Origin: an uncultured Dehalococcoidales bacterium
Lineage (GTDB): Bacteria; Chloroflexota; Dehalococcoidia; GIF9; AB-539-J10
Direction of reading: 5' to 3'
Length of the DNA: 56,696 nt
Assembly: GCA_964561465.1 (NCBI GenBank)
Contig: CAZLPP010000002.1
Coordinates: 1-56,696, forward strand
This document shows positions 26,902-39,194 of this stretch, piece by piece. A program made the position numbers and the translations under genes. The notes beneath the pieces are model-generated. The model did no database searches. It was not told where the DNA came from and worked only from the letters and a program-made list of their open reading frames with translations. The number at the start of each line of letters is the position of its first letter. Positions within the stretch are counted from its first letter, which is position 1.

Positions 26902-28377
26902 ATGCGAATCACGAACGCCGCAACCCTTGCCTCGCACGGAAACATTGCCGGAAGACAGGCGATGGTTCAGATACTGGAGGCTGGACTACAGGCGGCGGAC
27001 CCCTGCTGGAACGTGAAGAGACTGGTGCGCCTGGAAGGCGACAGACTGGTCGCCGGCAATCCCGGTTTCGAGCCGTCGGGGAGCCCCGTGACGGGCGACG
27101 AAGTGTTCGACCTCTCGAAGATCGGGCGAGTCTTCGTCATCGGCGCGGGCAAGGGCATACAGCGTGCGGTGAAGGCGCTTGAAGACGTGCTCGGCGACCG
27201 CCTCTCAGGCGGTCATGTCATCGACAAGAAGGGCAATCCCGTGATTCTCGAGCGAGTCGGCGTGACGCTGGGCGGACACCCGGTGCCGGACGAGGGTTGC
27301 GTCGAAGGTTGCCGGCACATCCTCGAGTTGACGAAGGGACTGCGGCCGGACGACCTCGTCTTCACCTGTGTCAGCAACGGCGTCTCGGCCCTGCTGACCC
27401 TGCCCGTGCCGGGCGTGTCGCTTGACGACGTGAAGGCGACAACGCGCATCATGCAGATAGAGCACGGCGCTCCCACGCACGACCTGAACCCCGTCAGGAA
27501 CCATCTGGACATGCTCAAAGGAGGCCGCATCTCGCGCCACCTCCGGCCGGCACGAGCGATACACATCATCTGCATCGAGCCCGGTTCCTATCGTCAGCTC
27601 ATGTACGAGAACTACTGGCTCCACACGTTGCCGGATGGCACGACGCGCGAGCAGGCCGTCGAGAACCTGAAGAAGTGGGATGCCTGGGACGAGGTTCCCG
27701 AGTCGGTGCGGGAGTTCCTGCAGCGGTGGGACCCGGCGTACGACACGGTCAAGGCGGAGGAGTTCGAGACGATGGGCTCCCGCATCTTCGGCGTGATGCC
27801 CGGCCCATACCAGACGGCAAAGGTGCCTGCCGCGATGCGGAAGGCAGAGGAGCTCGGCTACCGGGCCTACTTCCTGGCCGAGGAGGTCTCGGCCATAGAG
27901 TCCACTCACGCCGCCGCCTATCTCTCGGAGATGGCCAGGACGGCGGAGAGGCGCGGTGGGTTCTTCGAGCCGCCTTGCGCCCTCTTCACCAGCGGTGAGA
28001 TGGTCGTCACCGTGGGCAAGGAAGGCGGCGTCGGGGGTCGCAACCAGGAGTTCGCCCTCGCCGCCGCGCGGAGGATCGCCGGCAGCGGGCGCATCGTCAT
28101 GGCCTCGGTCGACACCGACGGCACGGACGGTCCCGGCACCCAGTTCGCGCACGGCGAGGAGTCCATCCCCTGTCTCGCCGGCGGCGTGGTGGACGGCTTC
28201 ACCTGCGAGGAGGCCGCCGCCGCAGGGGTGGACCTGGTGGAGTCCCTTCGCAGACACGACGCGACGCCGGCGCTCTGGCGGCTCGGCAGCGGCGTGGTGG
28301 CGGAGTCCAACATCAGCTTGAACGACCTGACAGTCGCGCTCATAATGCGTGACAGCAAGGAAGGAGACACAGTATGA
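26902..28377 (+). CDS. Glycerate 2-kinase / hydroxypyruvate reductase-like protein (DUF4147 + MOFRL)
   Basis: ATG at 26902 follows GGAGAGGCAGGAG. VFVIGAGKG, and MOFRL-type GGVGGRNQEFALAAA...SVDTDGTDGP. Confidence 0.8.
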   Translation: MRITNAATLASHGNIAGRQAMVQILEAGLQAADPCWNVKRLVRLEGDRLVAGNPGFEPSGSPVTGDEVFDLSKIGRVFVIGAGKGIQRAVKALEDVLGDRLSGGHVIDKKGNPVILERVGVTLGGHPVPDEGCVEGCRHILELTKGLRPDDLVFTCVSNGVSALLTLPVPGVSLDDVKATTRIMQIEHGAPTHDLNPVRNHLDMLKGGRISRHLRPARAIHIICIEPGSYRQLMYENYWLHTLPDGTTREQAVENLKKWDAWDEVPESVREFLQRWDPAYDTVKAEEFETMGSRIFGVMPGPYQTAKVPAAMRKAEELGYRAYFLAEEVSAIESTHAAAYLSEMARTAERRGGFFEPPCALFTSGEMVVTVGKEGGVGGRNQEFALAAARRIAGSGRIVMASVDTDGTDGPGTQFAHGEESIPCLAGGVVDGFTCEEAAAAGVDLVESLRRHDATPALWRLGSGVVAESNISLNDLTVALIMRDSKEGDTV

Positions 28378-29648
28378 CCGACGGTTCTCTTATCAAGTCA
28401 ATCACGGCGTGCCAGGCATGGAGCTGGCGAGGTCATCCCGCCGTCGAGGCGAGGGTCGTCACCAGGAACGGCGCCCTGGGGGTCGCCCAGGTCCAGGCAG
28501 GCACCTCCGTCGGGCAGCACGAGGTGCAGTTCATCCACGACGGTGGTCCCCGCTGGGGCGGTCTCGGCGTGCAGAAGGCCGTCGCGATGATCAAGGAGAC
28601 CATCGCGCCTGCGCTCGTCGGCATGGATGCGACGAGGCAGCGGGAGATAGATGGCCGGATGATAGAGATGGACGGCACGCCGAACAAGGCGAGACTCGGC
28701 GGCAACTGCGTCGCGGCCGTTTCGGCGGCGGTTCTCAAGGCGGCGGCGGCAAGCGTTCGCCTCCCGCTGTACCAGTACATCGGCGGCACCAACGCGTGCG
28801 TTATGCCGGTTCCTGGCGTACTCGCCGTCCTCGGTCCCAAGCGCTACGGCGGCGGCGAGCGTGGTGGTGAGAAGCCGACCTACTCCTTCTACTGCTACGG
28901 GTTCGACAGCTTCATCGACGCCTCCCAGGGCTGCTGGCAGGTGCGCCAGGCATTCCGCAAGGTCCTGCTCGAGAAGAAGGGGCTCAACACGTTCCGCATC
29001 GACCGCCTCTTCATCGACCAGGAAGGCGTGTTCCAGCACGACCGGGAGCTGTGGGGCCTGATGGCCGAGGCCATCGAGCGCTCCGGCTTCGCCGGGCGCA
29101 TCGGCATCCAGGTGGACATCGCCGCCGGCTGCTACTACGACAAGAAGACCGGCCTGTACAAGGGTCTCTTCTCACGGGAGGACAAGACGCGGGATGACCT
29201 CATGGCGCTGTATCGCGACGCCGTGAAGCAGTTCCCCTTCGTCATCCTCGAGGATCCCCTGGACGAAGACGACTTCGAGGGGCACGCCATCCTCACGCAG
29301 GAGCTGGGCGTCCAGATCGTCGGCGACGACCTCTTCACGACGAGCCCTGAGCGGGTGCAGCACGGCATCGACATCGGTGCGGCCAACTGCGTGCTGCTGA
29401 AGGTGAACCAGGTCGGCAGCATCTCGGAGGCGTTCGACATGGTCGACCTCGCGTACCGCAACGGGTACGGCGTCATGCCGTGCAACAGCCGGGGCGAGGG
29501 CGCGGACATCGCGGACTATGCCGTGGGTCTGAAGACGGGCCACATGCGTGAAGGAGGCCTCGACGATGCCACCACCCGCCTGCTGGAGATTGAGGCGGAG
29601 CTGGGCAGCCGGGCCGTTTTCCTCGGCAGAAAGGCTCTCAAGCCCTAG
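28374..29648 (+). CDS. Enolase-family protein, divergent paralog
   Basis: Enolase-like LGGNCVAAVSAAVLKAAA...LPLYQYIGG. Metal-ligand and Lys motifs are present: DIAAG, ILEDPLDEDD, IVGDDL, LLKVNQVG, LKTG. SHRSGETED reads CNSRGEGAD. The ATG overlaps the upstream stop (ATGA at 28374-28377). Confidence 0.75.
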   Translation: MTDGSLIKSITACQAWSWRGHPAVEARVVTRNGALGVAQVQAGTSVGQHEVQFIHDGGPRWGGLGVQKAVAMIKETIAPALVGMDATRQREIDGRMIEMDGTPNKARLGGNCVAAVSAAVLKAAAASVRLPLYQYIGGTNACVMPVPGVLAVLGPKRYGGGERGGEKPTYSFYCYGFDSFIDASQGCWQVRQAFRKVLLEKKGLNTFRIDRLFIDQEGVFQHDRELWGLMAEAIERSGFAGRIGIQVDIAAGCYYDKKTGLYKGLFSREDKTRDDLMALYRDAVKQFPFVILEDPLDEDDFEGHAILTQELGVQIVGDDLFTTSPERVQHGIDIGAANCVLLKVNQVGSISEAFDMVDLAYRNGYGVMPCNSRGEGADIADYAVGLKTGHMREGGLDDATTRLLEIEAELGSRAVFLGRKALKP

Positions 29649-29664
29649 TCCCCGGGCAAGCGCG

Positions 29665-30648
29665 ATGGCACAGCCCATCATCGAGGTCGAACAGCTCACG
29701 AAGCGCTTCGGCACGCTCACCGCGGTCGACTCCGTCTCGTTCACCGTAGCCGAGGGGGAGCTGTTCGCGTTCCTGGGACCGAACGGCGCCGGCAAGACGA
29801 CGACCATTAACGTACTCTGTACGCTGCTGAGGCCGGCGGGCGGACGCGCCAGCGTCAACGGGTTCGACGTGGTGACGCAACGAAGCGACGTTCGCCGCTC
29901 TATCGGCCTCGTGTTTCAGGACTCGACGCTGGACGAGTACCTCACCGCGGAGCAGAACCTTCGTTTCCACGCGTATGCCTACCGCGTGCCGCGCCAGGTG
30001 TGCGAACAACGCATCGGCGAGCTGCTCGAGCTGGTGGAGCTTTCGGACCGGCGCAAGAGCCGGGTGCGCACGTTCTCGGGCGGCATGAAGAGGAGGCTGG
30101 AGATAGCCCGCGGCCTGCTGCACAGCCCGAGGGTGCTCTTCCTGGACGAGCCGACGCTCGGCCTCGACCCCCAGACGCGCCGTCACATCTGGGAGCACAT
30201 CCTCGCGCTGCGGAAGCAGCACGGGCTGACCATCTTCCTGACCACGCACTACATGGATGAGGCGGAGGTGGCCGAGCGCGTGGGCATCATCGACCACGGC
30301 CGCATCGTCGCGCTCGACACGCCGGACCACCTGAAGGACGCGATGGGTGGCGACGTCATCACCATCGAAGCGCGCGACAACGATGCCGCGGCCGCTGAGT
30401 TGGGCCAGAAGTTCGGCGTCACGCCGGCACGGGAGAACGGCGCACTCAGCTTCAGCGTGCCGCACGGAGATAAGGTGCTGCCGCGCATCATCCGGTCGCT
30501 CGAGAGCCCGGTGGACGCGGTCGGGCTTCGCCGCCCCACGCTCGAAGACGTCTTCCTGCGCCTCACCGGCCACGCCATCCGCGAGCAGGAGGCTGACCCG
30601 TTCGACGGGGCGAGGGCCTTCATGGCCCGCCATGGACGGGGGCACTGA
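29665..30648 (+). CDS. ABC transporter ATP-binding protein (DrrA/ABC-2 exporter type)
   Basis: GPNGAGKTTT, FSGGMKRRLEIARGL and LFLDEPT. Confidence 0.85.
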   Translation: MAQPIIEVEQLTKRFGTLTAVDSVSFTVAEGELFAFLGPNGAGKTTTINVLCTLLRPAGGRASVNGFDVVTQRSDVRRSIGLVFQDSTLDEYLTAEQNLRFHAYAYRVPRQVCEQRIGELLELVELSDRRKSRVRTFSGGMKRRLEIARGLLHSPRVLFLDEPTLGLDPQTRRHIWEHILALRKQHGLTIFLTTHYMDEAEVAERVGIIDHGRIVALDTPDHLKDAMGGDVITIEARDNDAAAAELGQKFGVTPARENGALSFSVPHGDKVLPRIIRSLESPVDAVGLRRPTLEDVFLRLTGHAIREQEADPFDGARAFMARHGRGH

Positions 30649-30650
30649 CG

Positions 30651-31448
30651 GTGGCGGAAGTGCTGGTCGCCATCCGTGTTGTCGCCTACCGCGAGCTGCT
30701 CCGCTTCGTTCAGGAGAAGTCGCGCCTCATCTCCTCCTTCGCGATGCCGCTGCTGTTCCTGGTCATCTTCGGCGCCGGCTTCACGCGCTCCATCGGCACG
30801 ATGGCGCCGGGAGTGGACTTCGTCCAGTTCATGTACCCGGGCATCGTCGCGATGACCGTGCTGATGAACTCAGTTATGTCAGGTCTGTCGGTCGTCTGGG
30901 ACCGCGAGTTCGGCTTCCTCAAGGAGATACTGGTGGCCCCCCTGGCGCGCAGCGGCATCGTGCTCGGCAAGGCCGCCGGCGCAGCCATCGTAGCTTTGCT
31001 GCAGGGCGCCGTCATGCTTCTACTCGCTCCCGTCGTGGGCGTCTCCCTCACGCCGCTGCTCGTGCTCAAGCTCATCCCGCTGCTCGTCATCATCTCCCTC
31101 TCGCTCTCCGGCCTGGGCCTGCTGGTCGCCTCCCGCATGCGCTCCCAGCAGGGCTTCCAGCTCATCGTGCAGTTGCTCGTGTTTCCGCTCATCTTCCTGT
31201 CCGGCGTGTTCTTTCCGGTCAACAACGTGCCGGCCTGGCTGGAGACCGTGTCCAAGGCCAATCCGCTCACGTACGGCGTGGACGCCATCCGTCAACTGTT
31301 CCTGGCTGCGGAAGGCGGCGGCGCCCAAGCTATCGGGGTGACCGTGTTCGGCCACACCATGACCGTGCTGCAGGACATCTCGGTGGTCGCCGCATTCGGC
31401 CTTGTGCTGCTGCTGCTCGCGACGTGGTCGTTCGAGAAGCAGGAGTAG
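30651..31448 (+). CDS. ABC-2 type transporter permease
   Basis: GTG start 2 nt after the ATPase stop. Six predicted TM segments, typical of ABC-2 architecture. Confidence 0.8.
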   Translation: MAEVLVAIRVVAYRELLRFVQEKSRLISSFAMPLLFLVIFGAGFTRSIGTMAPGVDFVQFMYPGIVAMTVLMNSVMSGLSVVWDREFGFLKEILVAPLARSGIVLGKAAGAAIVALLQGAVMLLLAPVVGVSLTPLLVLKLIPLLVIISLSLSGLGLLVASRMRSQQGFQLIVQLLVFPLIFLSGVFFPVNNVPAWLETVSKANPLTYGVDAIRQLFLAAEGGGAQAIGVTVFGHTMTVLQDISVVAAFGLVLLLLATWSFEKQE

Positions 31449-31480
31449 CCCGCGGCAGCGTTCGCCGGGCCACCCAGGTC

Positions 31481-31510
31481 TTGACAGTCGCACACGATGA
31501 CATGTAGTGT
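31481..31510 (+). promoter_or_regulatory. Candidate sigma-70-like promoter (TTGACA, 18 nt, TAGTGT) ahead of the tctCBA leader
   Basis: The hexamers were read directly. This would give a leader of about 290 nt before tctC. Confidence 0.3.
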
Positions 31511-31800
31511 TTAGGTGCGTCGCCCACTCAAGCTCCCAACGTGGACGCGCCGACGGCCGCATTGCAGGTGGCTGGCGGGGTGCACGGATTCTCCTGAGTG
31601 GTGCGCATCGCAGAGCACCCAGAGTGCGGGAGTACGTTCCGACCGCGACCGTGCACGCCGACGGCATACCGGCCTGCCGAGGGTGTCGCATGCGGTTGCC
31701 ACCCGCTCCCGCGCAGGCAAGGAGGTGGACTGTCGCGGCACCATCCAGCAGAGGCAGATTCCTCGGGTTCCACAATGGCAATGGAGGTGATGGAGGAACA

Positions 31801-32790
31801 ATGAAGCTGAACAGATTCGTGGCTCTCCTCTTGTCCGTCTCGCTCGTGATTACCCTGGTGCTGTCCGGCTGCGCTCCGTCGCAGAAAGAGTACCCCAGCA
31901 AAGCCATCACGCTGGTTTGCCCCTGGGGCGCGGGCGGCGGAACAGACCGAATCGCGCGCTATCTGGCCGACAAGCTCAGCGCGGAGCTTGGCCAGCCCGT
32001 CGCTGTTGTCAACCAGACGGGCGGCAACGGAGCCGTCGGTCACAACGCCGGGGCGCTCGCCGCTCCGGATGGCTACACACTGTGTATCTCGACATGGGAA
32101 CTCAGCATCCTTCGCCACATGGGCTGGTCCAATATCGCGTATGACAACGTGAGGGGTGTCGCCCTCATCAACAAGGACCCCGCCGGCCTGCTGGTGCACC
32201 CCGATGATGCGAAAGCCAACGGATGGAAGGATGCGTCGGACTGGATCGATTACGTCAAGAAGAACCCTGGCCAGCAGCTATCCGGGACCGGGACCGGCGG
32301 CGTCTGGCACGTCGCCCTCCTGGGCATGCTGGCCGCGGCAGGTGTCGGGCCTGAGGCCGTCGAATGGCTCCCCAGCACCGGAGCAGCCGAGGGCATCACC
32401 TGGCTTCTGGGCAAGAACGTCGACGCCGTGACCTGCAGCATTGTGGAGGCTGGCCCGCAGATCGATTCGGGCACGCTGACTCCCCTGGCGACCATGAGCA
32501 CCGCACGGATGCCCCGATTCCCCGACATCCCCACTCTGAAGGAAGCAGGCATCGACTGGGAGCTGGGAGCATGGCGAGGCATCACCGTCCCCAAGGACAC
32601 GCCCGATGCGGTAGTCAACACGCTGCACAACGCCATCAAGAAGATCATCGACAGCAAGGACTGGCAGGACTGGATGAGTCAGCAGGGCTTCACCCAGCTA
32701 TACCAGAATTCAGCCGGGTTCGACAAGTTCATGGCGGACGACTACGCGGCCGCCGAGCGATTGCTGAAGGCCGGCGGCCTCATATCGTAG
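31801..32790 (+). CDS. tctC: Tripartite tricarboxylate transporter substrate-binding protein (TctC/Bug family)
   Basis: ATG follows GGAGGTGATGGAGGA. Lipobox LSGC. The motif YPSKAITLVCPWGAGGGTD is typical of the Bug family. Confidence 0.85.
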   Translation: MKLNRFVALLLSVSLVITLVLSGCAPSQKEYPSKAITLVCPWGAGGGTDRIARYLADKLSAELGQPVAVVNQTGGNGAVGHNAGALAAPDGYTLCISTWELSILRHMGWSNIAYDNVRGVALINKDPAGLLVHPDDAKANGWKDASDWIDYVKKNPGQQLSGTGTGGVWHVALLGMLAAAGVGPEAVEWLPSTGAAEGITWLLGKNVDAVTCSIVEAGPQIDSGTLTPLATMSTARMPRFPDIPTLKEAGIDWELGAWRGITVPKDTPDAVVNTLHNAIKKIIDSKDWQDWMSQQGFTQLYQNSAGFDKFMADDYAAAERLLKAGGLIS

Positions 32791-32900
32791 TCTGAGACCG
32801 AGGAGTATCGCGCAGCAATGCACCGGCCCGGCAGGGTGGCGACTGCGGACGCAGTCGCCACCCTGCCGGTGCACGTATCATCCAGCACAGAGGAGACTCG

Positions 32901-33365
32901 ATGAACTCCAGGAGACTCGACGTCGTGACCGGAAGCCTCGTCATCGCCTTCGCCTGCTTCGTGCTGGCCTACTCCACCACCTTCCCGCCGGCGAAGGGCA
33001 AGGACTTCGGCCCGTCGCTCTTTCCCAGGGTTATCGCAGTCATGCTGCTCGTGCTCGGCGCGCTGGTGCTGTTTCAGGTGTTGAGAACCAGGGCGCAGAA
33101 GGAGATGCGCGCACCCGATACGGCAGCCAAGGACTCCGCTCACGCCTCCCAGGGTCTGCGCAACGTGGCCGTGACCGTCGTGGCAGTAGTCGCCTACATC
33201 GTCGTGGTCGACCCCGCCGGATTCATCCCGACCACCCTGGTGTTCCTGTTTGTGCTCATGAAGACCTACGGATTGACGGCGCTGAAGGGCATCGCCGCCT
33301 CCTGTCTCATCACCGGCTTCGTCTACGTCCTGTTCTCCGTATTGCTGCGAGTGACGCTGCCGTGA
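32901..33365 (+). CDS. tctB: Tripartite tricarboxylate transporter TctB family membrane protein
   Basis: A small four-TM protein between tctC and tctA, with an FP....GPSLFPR motif. Confidence 0.7.
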   Translation: MNSRRLDVVTGSLVIAFACFVLAYSTTFPPAKGKDFGPSLFPRVIAVMLLVLGALVLFQVLRTRAQKEMRAPDTAAKDSAHASQGLRNVAVTVVAVVAYIVVVDPAGFIPTTLVFLFVLMKTYGLTALKGIAASCLITGFVYVLFSVLLRVTLP

Positions 33366-33399
33366 CGGCGGCGCCGACATTCCGCAGGAGTAAGCAAGA

Positions 33400-34899
33400 A
33401 TGATTCTCGATGTCATTGCTTCTGTCGCGAGGGTCGAAGTCCTGGTTCCCTGGATACTGGGCATGCTCCTCGGCGTGTTCATCGGCGCCATCCCGGGGCT
33501 GACAGCCACGATGGCCACCGCCATCCTGGTGCCCATCACGTACTACCTTTCGCCGATGGGCGGACTGGCCATGATCCTTGGGTGTGCCTGCGTCTCCATC
33601 TTCGCGGGAGACATTCCCGCGACGTACCTGCGGGTGCCCGGAACGCCGTCCTCGGGCGCTGCAGTGCTCGACGGCTACGAGATGACGAGGCAGGGGAAGT
33701 CGTCTCTGGCGCTGCGACTCGACATCGTCTGCTCCTCTCTCGGAGGAGTGGTCGGCTTCACGCTGCTGATACTCGGCGCGACGGCACTGGCAGCAGTCGC
33801 CCTCAAGTTCTCGTTCTACGAGTTCCTGTGGATCTCGACGTTCGGGCTGGCTACGTGCGTGGTCATCTCACGCGGCACTATGGTCAAGGGAGGCATCTCG
33901 GTCGCCCTCGGGCTCTTCGTATCGACCATCGGCGTGGATATTGTCACCGGCTACCCCAGATTCACGTTCGGTGAGGTTCACATGCTCAGCGGCATTAACT
34001 TCATCCCCGCCATGATAGGGCTGTTCGGCATCCCCGTCGTGCTCAATACCATCTTCGCTCCGAGACACCTCGAGATGCCAAGCGTGAAGGAGACGAAGCA
34101 CTACTCGATAGCCGATGTGCTGCCCTCCATCCGGCGGCGCTGGACCCTGGTACTGCGCTCTTCCTTCGTCGGCACCTTTATCGGCAGCCTGCCGGGTGCG
34201 GGAGCCGATATCGCGGCCTGGGTCGCCTACGGCATGGCGAAGCGCAACTCGAAGGAGCCGGAGAAGTTCGGTACCGGCCACGACGAAGGAGTCATCGCGC
34301 CGACGAGCGCCAACAACGCGGGCATAGCGGGCGCCTGGATCCCCGCCCTTGCCCTTGGCATCCCGGGCGACTCCATCACCGCCATCATCCTCGGGGCGTC
34401 GATGATCTACGGGCTGCGGCCCGGGCCGCTGATGTTCGTCGGGGCGAGCGGCGAACTGGTCCGCGGCATTTTCGCCATCGGCCTGATCACCCAGTTCATG
34501 CTCATCCCCATCGGCCTGCTTTCCGTCAAGGCATTCAGCAGGGTATTCAGGTTGCCCAACAGCATCATCATGCCGATGATCCTCGTGTTCTGCATCGTCG
34601 GGTCCTATGCGCTCAACTTCAGCATGTTCGACGTCGGCGTTATGTTCATATTCGGGCTGCTCGGCTTCTACATGGAGCGAAACGGCATTCCACTGCCTCC
34701 GCTCGTGCTGGCAATGATACTGGGGCCGCTTATAGAGCGAAACCTGAGACTCGGCCTGATGCAGACGGGCGGCAATCTGTTGCCATTCTTCACGAGGCCC
34801 ATCTCCTTCGTTGTCATCCTGGCCATCCTCGCATTCCTGTTCTGGAACAGGCTGTCGCCGCTTCTCCGCAAGCTACGCAAGAAGCACGGCCAGGCCTAG
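33400..34899 (+). CDS. tctA: Tripartite tricarboxylate transporter permease TctA
   Basis: A large polytopic protein with GAIPGLTATMA and LPGAGADIAAWV motifs. Confidence 0.85.
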   Translation: MILDVIASVARVEVLVPWILGMLLGVFIGAIPGLTATMATAILVPITYYLSPMGGLAMILGCACVSIFAGDIPATYLRVPGTPSSGAAVLDGYEMTRQGKSSLALRLDIVCSSLGGVVGFTLLILGATALAAVALKFSFYEFLWISTFGLATCVVISRGTMVKGGISVALGLFVSTIGVDIVTGYPRFTFGEVHMLSGINFIPAMIGLFGIPVVLNTIFAPRHLEMPSVKETKHYSIADVLPSIRRRWTLVLRSSFVGTFIGSLPGAGADIAAWVAYGMAKRNSKEPEKFGTGHDEGVIAPTSANNAGIAGAWIPALALGIPGDSITAIILGASMIYGLRPGPLMFVGASGELVRGIFAIGLITQFMLIPIGLLSVKAFSRVFRLPNSIIMPMILVFCIVGSYALNFSMFDVGVMFIFGLLGFYMERNGIPLPPLVLAMILGPLIERNLRLGLMQTGGNLLPFFTRPISFVVILAILAFLFWNRLSPLLRKLRKKHGQA

Positions 34900-35081
34900 C
34901 GGCTGCTCATCTCGTCTGCGCAGCAAGCCCGCCACGGGCCGCTCCGGGCATGCCTCCCGTCCGCCCGGCGAACGGTCCGGCGCCCCTCAGACGGCCACGA
35001 CCCGGCACGGTCCGGGGCTGGACTGTAGCAGCACTCACAGGCATAATCACCGGCACGAGCGGAATCGAGAAGGAGGACCCG

Positions 35082-36173
35082 ATGGGAGACCAGTATGCGA
35101 AGTTCAAGGCGGCGGCCGTACAGGCATCGCCGGTGTTCCTCAACAGAGACGCCACCATAGACAAGTCCTGCCAGCTCATTCAGGAAGCCGGGCGCAACGG
35201 AGCGAAGCTGGTGGCCTTCCCCGAGACCTTCGTGCCGGGCTATCCCTACTGGATATGGCTTGATTCACCGCTGAAGCACGACGAGCTGTTCGTCCGCCTC
35301 TTTGAGGAAGCGGTGGAGATTCCCAGCCCCGCGACCGACGCGCTCTGCAGGGCAGCGAAGGCCGCCGATACCTATGTCTTCATGGGGATAAACGAGAAGG
35401 TCCCGACCAACATGGGGACCATGTGGAACACGAACCTCGTCATCAGCCGGGAGGGAACGATCCTCGGGAAGCACCGCAAGCTGGTGCCCACCTTCGCCGA
35501 GAAGATGATCTGGTCGCGCGGCGACGGCTCCGGCATGAAGGTGTGGAAGACCGACATCGGCAACCTGGGCACGCTCGCCTGCGGAGAGAACAGCAATACA
35601 CTGGCTCGCTATGCCCTGCTGGCGCAGGGCGAGCAGGTACACGTGGCAAACTACCCTTCGCTCGGTCTTGGCTCCAAGCTCGGCCAGAACACCTGGATCC
35701 AGTTCAGGGCGGGCGCTCACTCGCTTGAAGGCAAGGTCTTCACGGTGGTGTCGACCAGCAGCATCAACCAGGAGATGGTGGAGATGCTCGGCGCCACAGA
35801 AGAGAAGCGCCGGTTCCTGACCAGCGCCAGCCCGTTCAGCGCCATCTACGGCCCGAACGCTGAGGTGCTGGCCAGCATCGAAGGAGAAGACGGCATCATC
35901 TACGCGGACATCGACGTCGAGCTTGAGATAGCCCGGAAGCAGTGGCACGACATCATCGGCCACTACACCCGGCTGGACGTGCTGTCGCTGAACCTGAACA
36001 CCGACGCCGACGAGCCGTTGAAGTTCCTCACCAGCCGGCCGGTAGCCACCGGCGGCGACGCCGCTACAAGCGGAGCGATGGCGAAGTTGCTGGAGCAGAA
36101 CCAGACAGACCTGCGGGAGCTGAAACAGGCGTTTGAGTCCCTTTCCCGCCAGTTGGGCAGGGAAGGCAAGTAG
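35082..36173 (+). CDS. Nitrilase-family carbon-nitrogen hydrolase
   Basis: ATG follows GAAGGAGGA. AAAVQASPVFL, FPETFVPGYPYWIW, HRKLVPT and CGEN (Glu-Lys-Cys triad context). It has a C-terminal extension of about 50 aa. Confidence 0.8.
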   Translation: MGDQYAKFKAAAVQASPVFLNRDATIDKSCQLIQEAGRNGAKLVAFPETFVPGYPYWIWLDSPLKHDELFVRLFEEAVEIPSPATDALCRAAKAADTYVFMGINEKVPTNMGTMWNTNLVISREGTILGKHRKLVPTFAEKMIWSRGDGSGMKVWKTDIGNLGTLACGENSNTLARYALLAQGEQVHVANYPSLGLGSKLGQNTWIQFRAGAHSLEGKVFTVVSTSSINQEMVEMLGATEEKRRFLTSASPFSAIYGPNAEVLASIEGEDGIIYADIDVELEIARKQWHDIIGHYTRLDVLSLNLNTDADEPLKFLTSRPVATGGDAATSGAMAKLLEQNQTDLRELKQAFESLSRQLGREGK

Positions 36174-36243
36174 CAGCACAGGCACACGCCGAGCGCTCGC
36201 GAGCGCGGCACGGCATCCGTCCGCATTGATTCACCGGAGAAGC

Positions 36244-36275
36244 GGGAGGCCGGTCGGATATCCGACCGGCCTCCC
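36244..36275. terminator. Bidirectional terminator hairpin between the convergent nitrilase and tautomerase genes
   Basis: A perfect 15-bp stem, gggaggccggtcgga / tccgaccggcctccc, with a 2-nt centre. Confidence 0.6.
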
Positions 36276-36332
36276 GTCCGTTCTGCTTGGGCATGCCTGC
36301 CGGATCAGCTCGTCCACTCCGGACGCCGGCTG

Positions 36333-36521
36333 CTACTTCTTGTCTATCTTGAGGACGCCACCCTTTCCCAGGTGCTCGTCGGCAATCTCGCGGATGACGA
36401 CGATGACAATCTCAGCCGGCACCTTGTAATTCTTGACCACGGCGTCGGTGATGTCCTTCACCAGACCCCGCTTCTGCTCGAGGGTGCGTCCCGCGGATGC
36501 TTCAACAGTGATGATTGGCAT
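36333..36521 (-). CDS. 4-oxalocrotonate tautomerase family protein
   Basis: 62 aa, with the catalytic Pro1 context MPIITVE and a beta-alpha-beta sized monomer. Confidence 0.8.
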   Translation of the reverse strand: MPIITVEASAGRTLEQKRGLVKDITDAVVKNYKVPAEIVIVVIREIADEHLGKGGVLKIDKK

Positions 36522-36630
36522 GTGTTCCTACCTCCATTCGCGTTCGGTGCCGCTGCTGCCACCTCGCCGGATAGTAGCACCCCGGACTGTGACAGGCATC
36601 CGGCCGCCCGTCCTGAGGTTGAACGGAACC

Positions 36631-36662
36631 GGGAGGCGCGGTGAAGCTGCACCGCACCTCCC
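36631..36662 (-). terminator. Hairpin downstream of katG
   Basis: A 13-bp stem with one mismatch (gggaggcgcggtg / caccgcacctccc) and a 6-nt loop. There is no U-tract. Confidence 0.4.
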
Positions 36663-36708
36663 TCTCGTTACCTCCTCAGCGTCCCGGCACCCGTCGAGGG
36701 CATCCATC

Positions 36709-39153
<2,445 letters not shown>

Positions 39154-39194
39154 TTACAGTCACGAGGTCGCTCCAGGCTCGCACGGCGAGTGCT

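Noticed and set aside
31511-31800. Riboswitch or small ORFs in the long tctC leader
   Set aside because: I could not match it to any known riboswitch consensus. The overlapping ORFs are Arg/Cys-rich shadow frames. The region is kept only as an unexplained leader in a finding.
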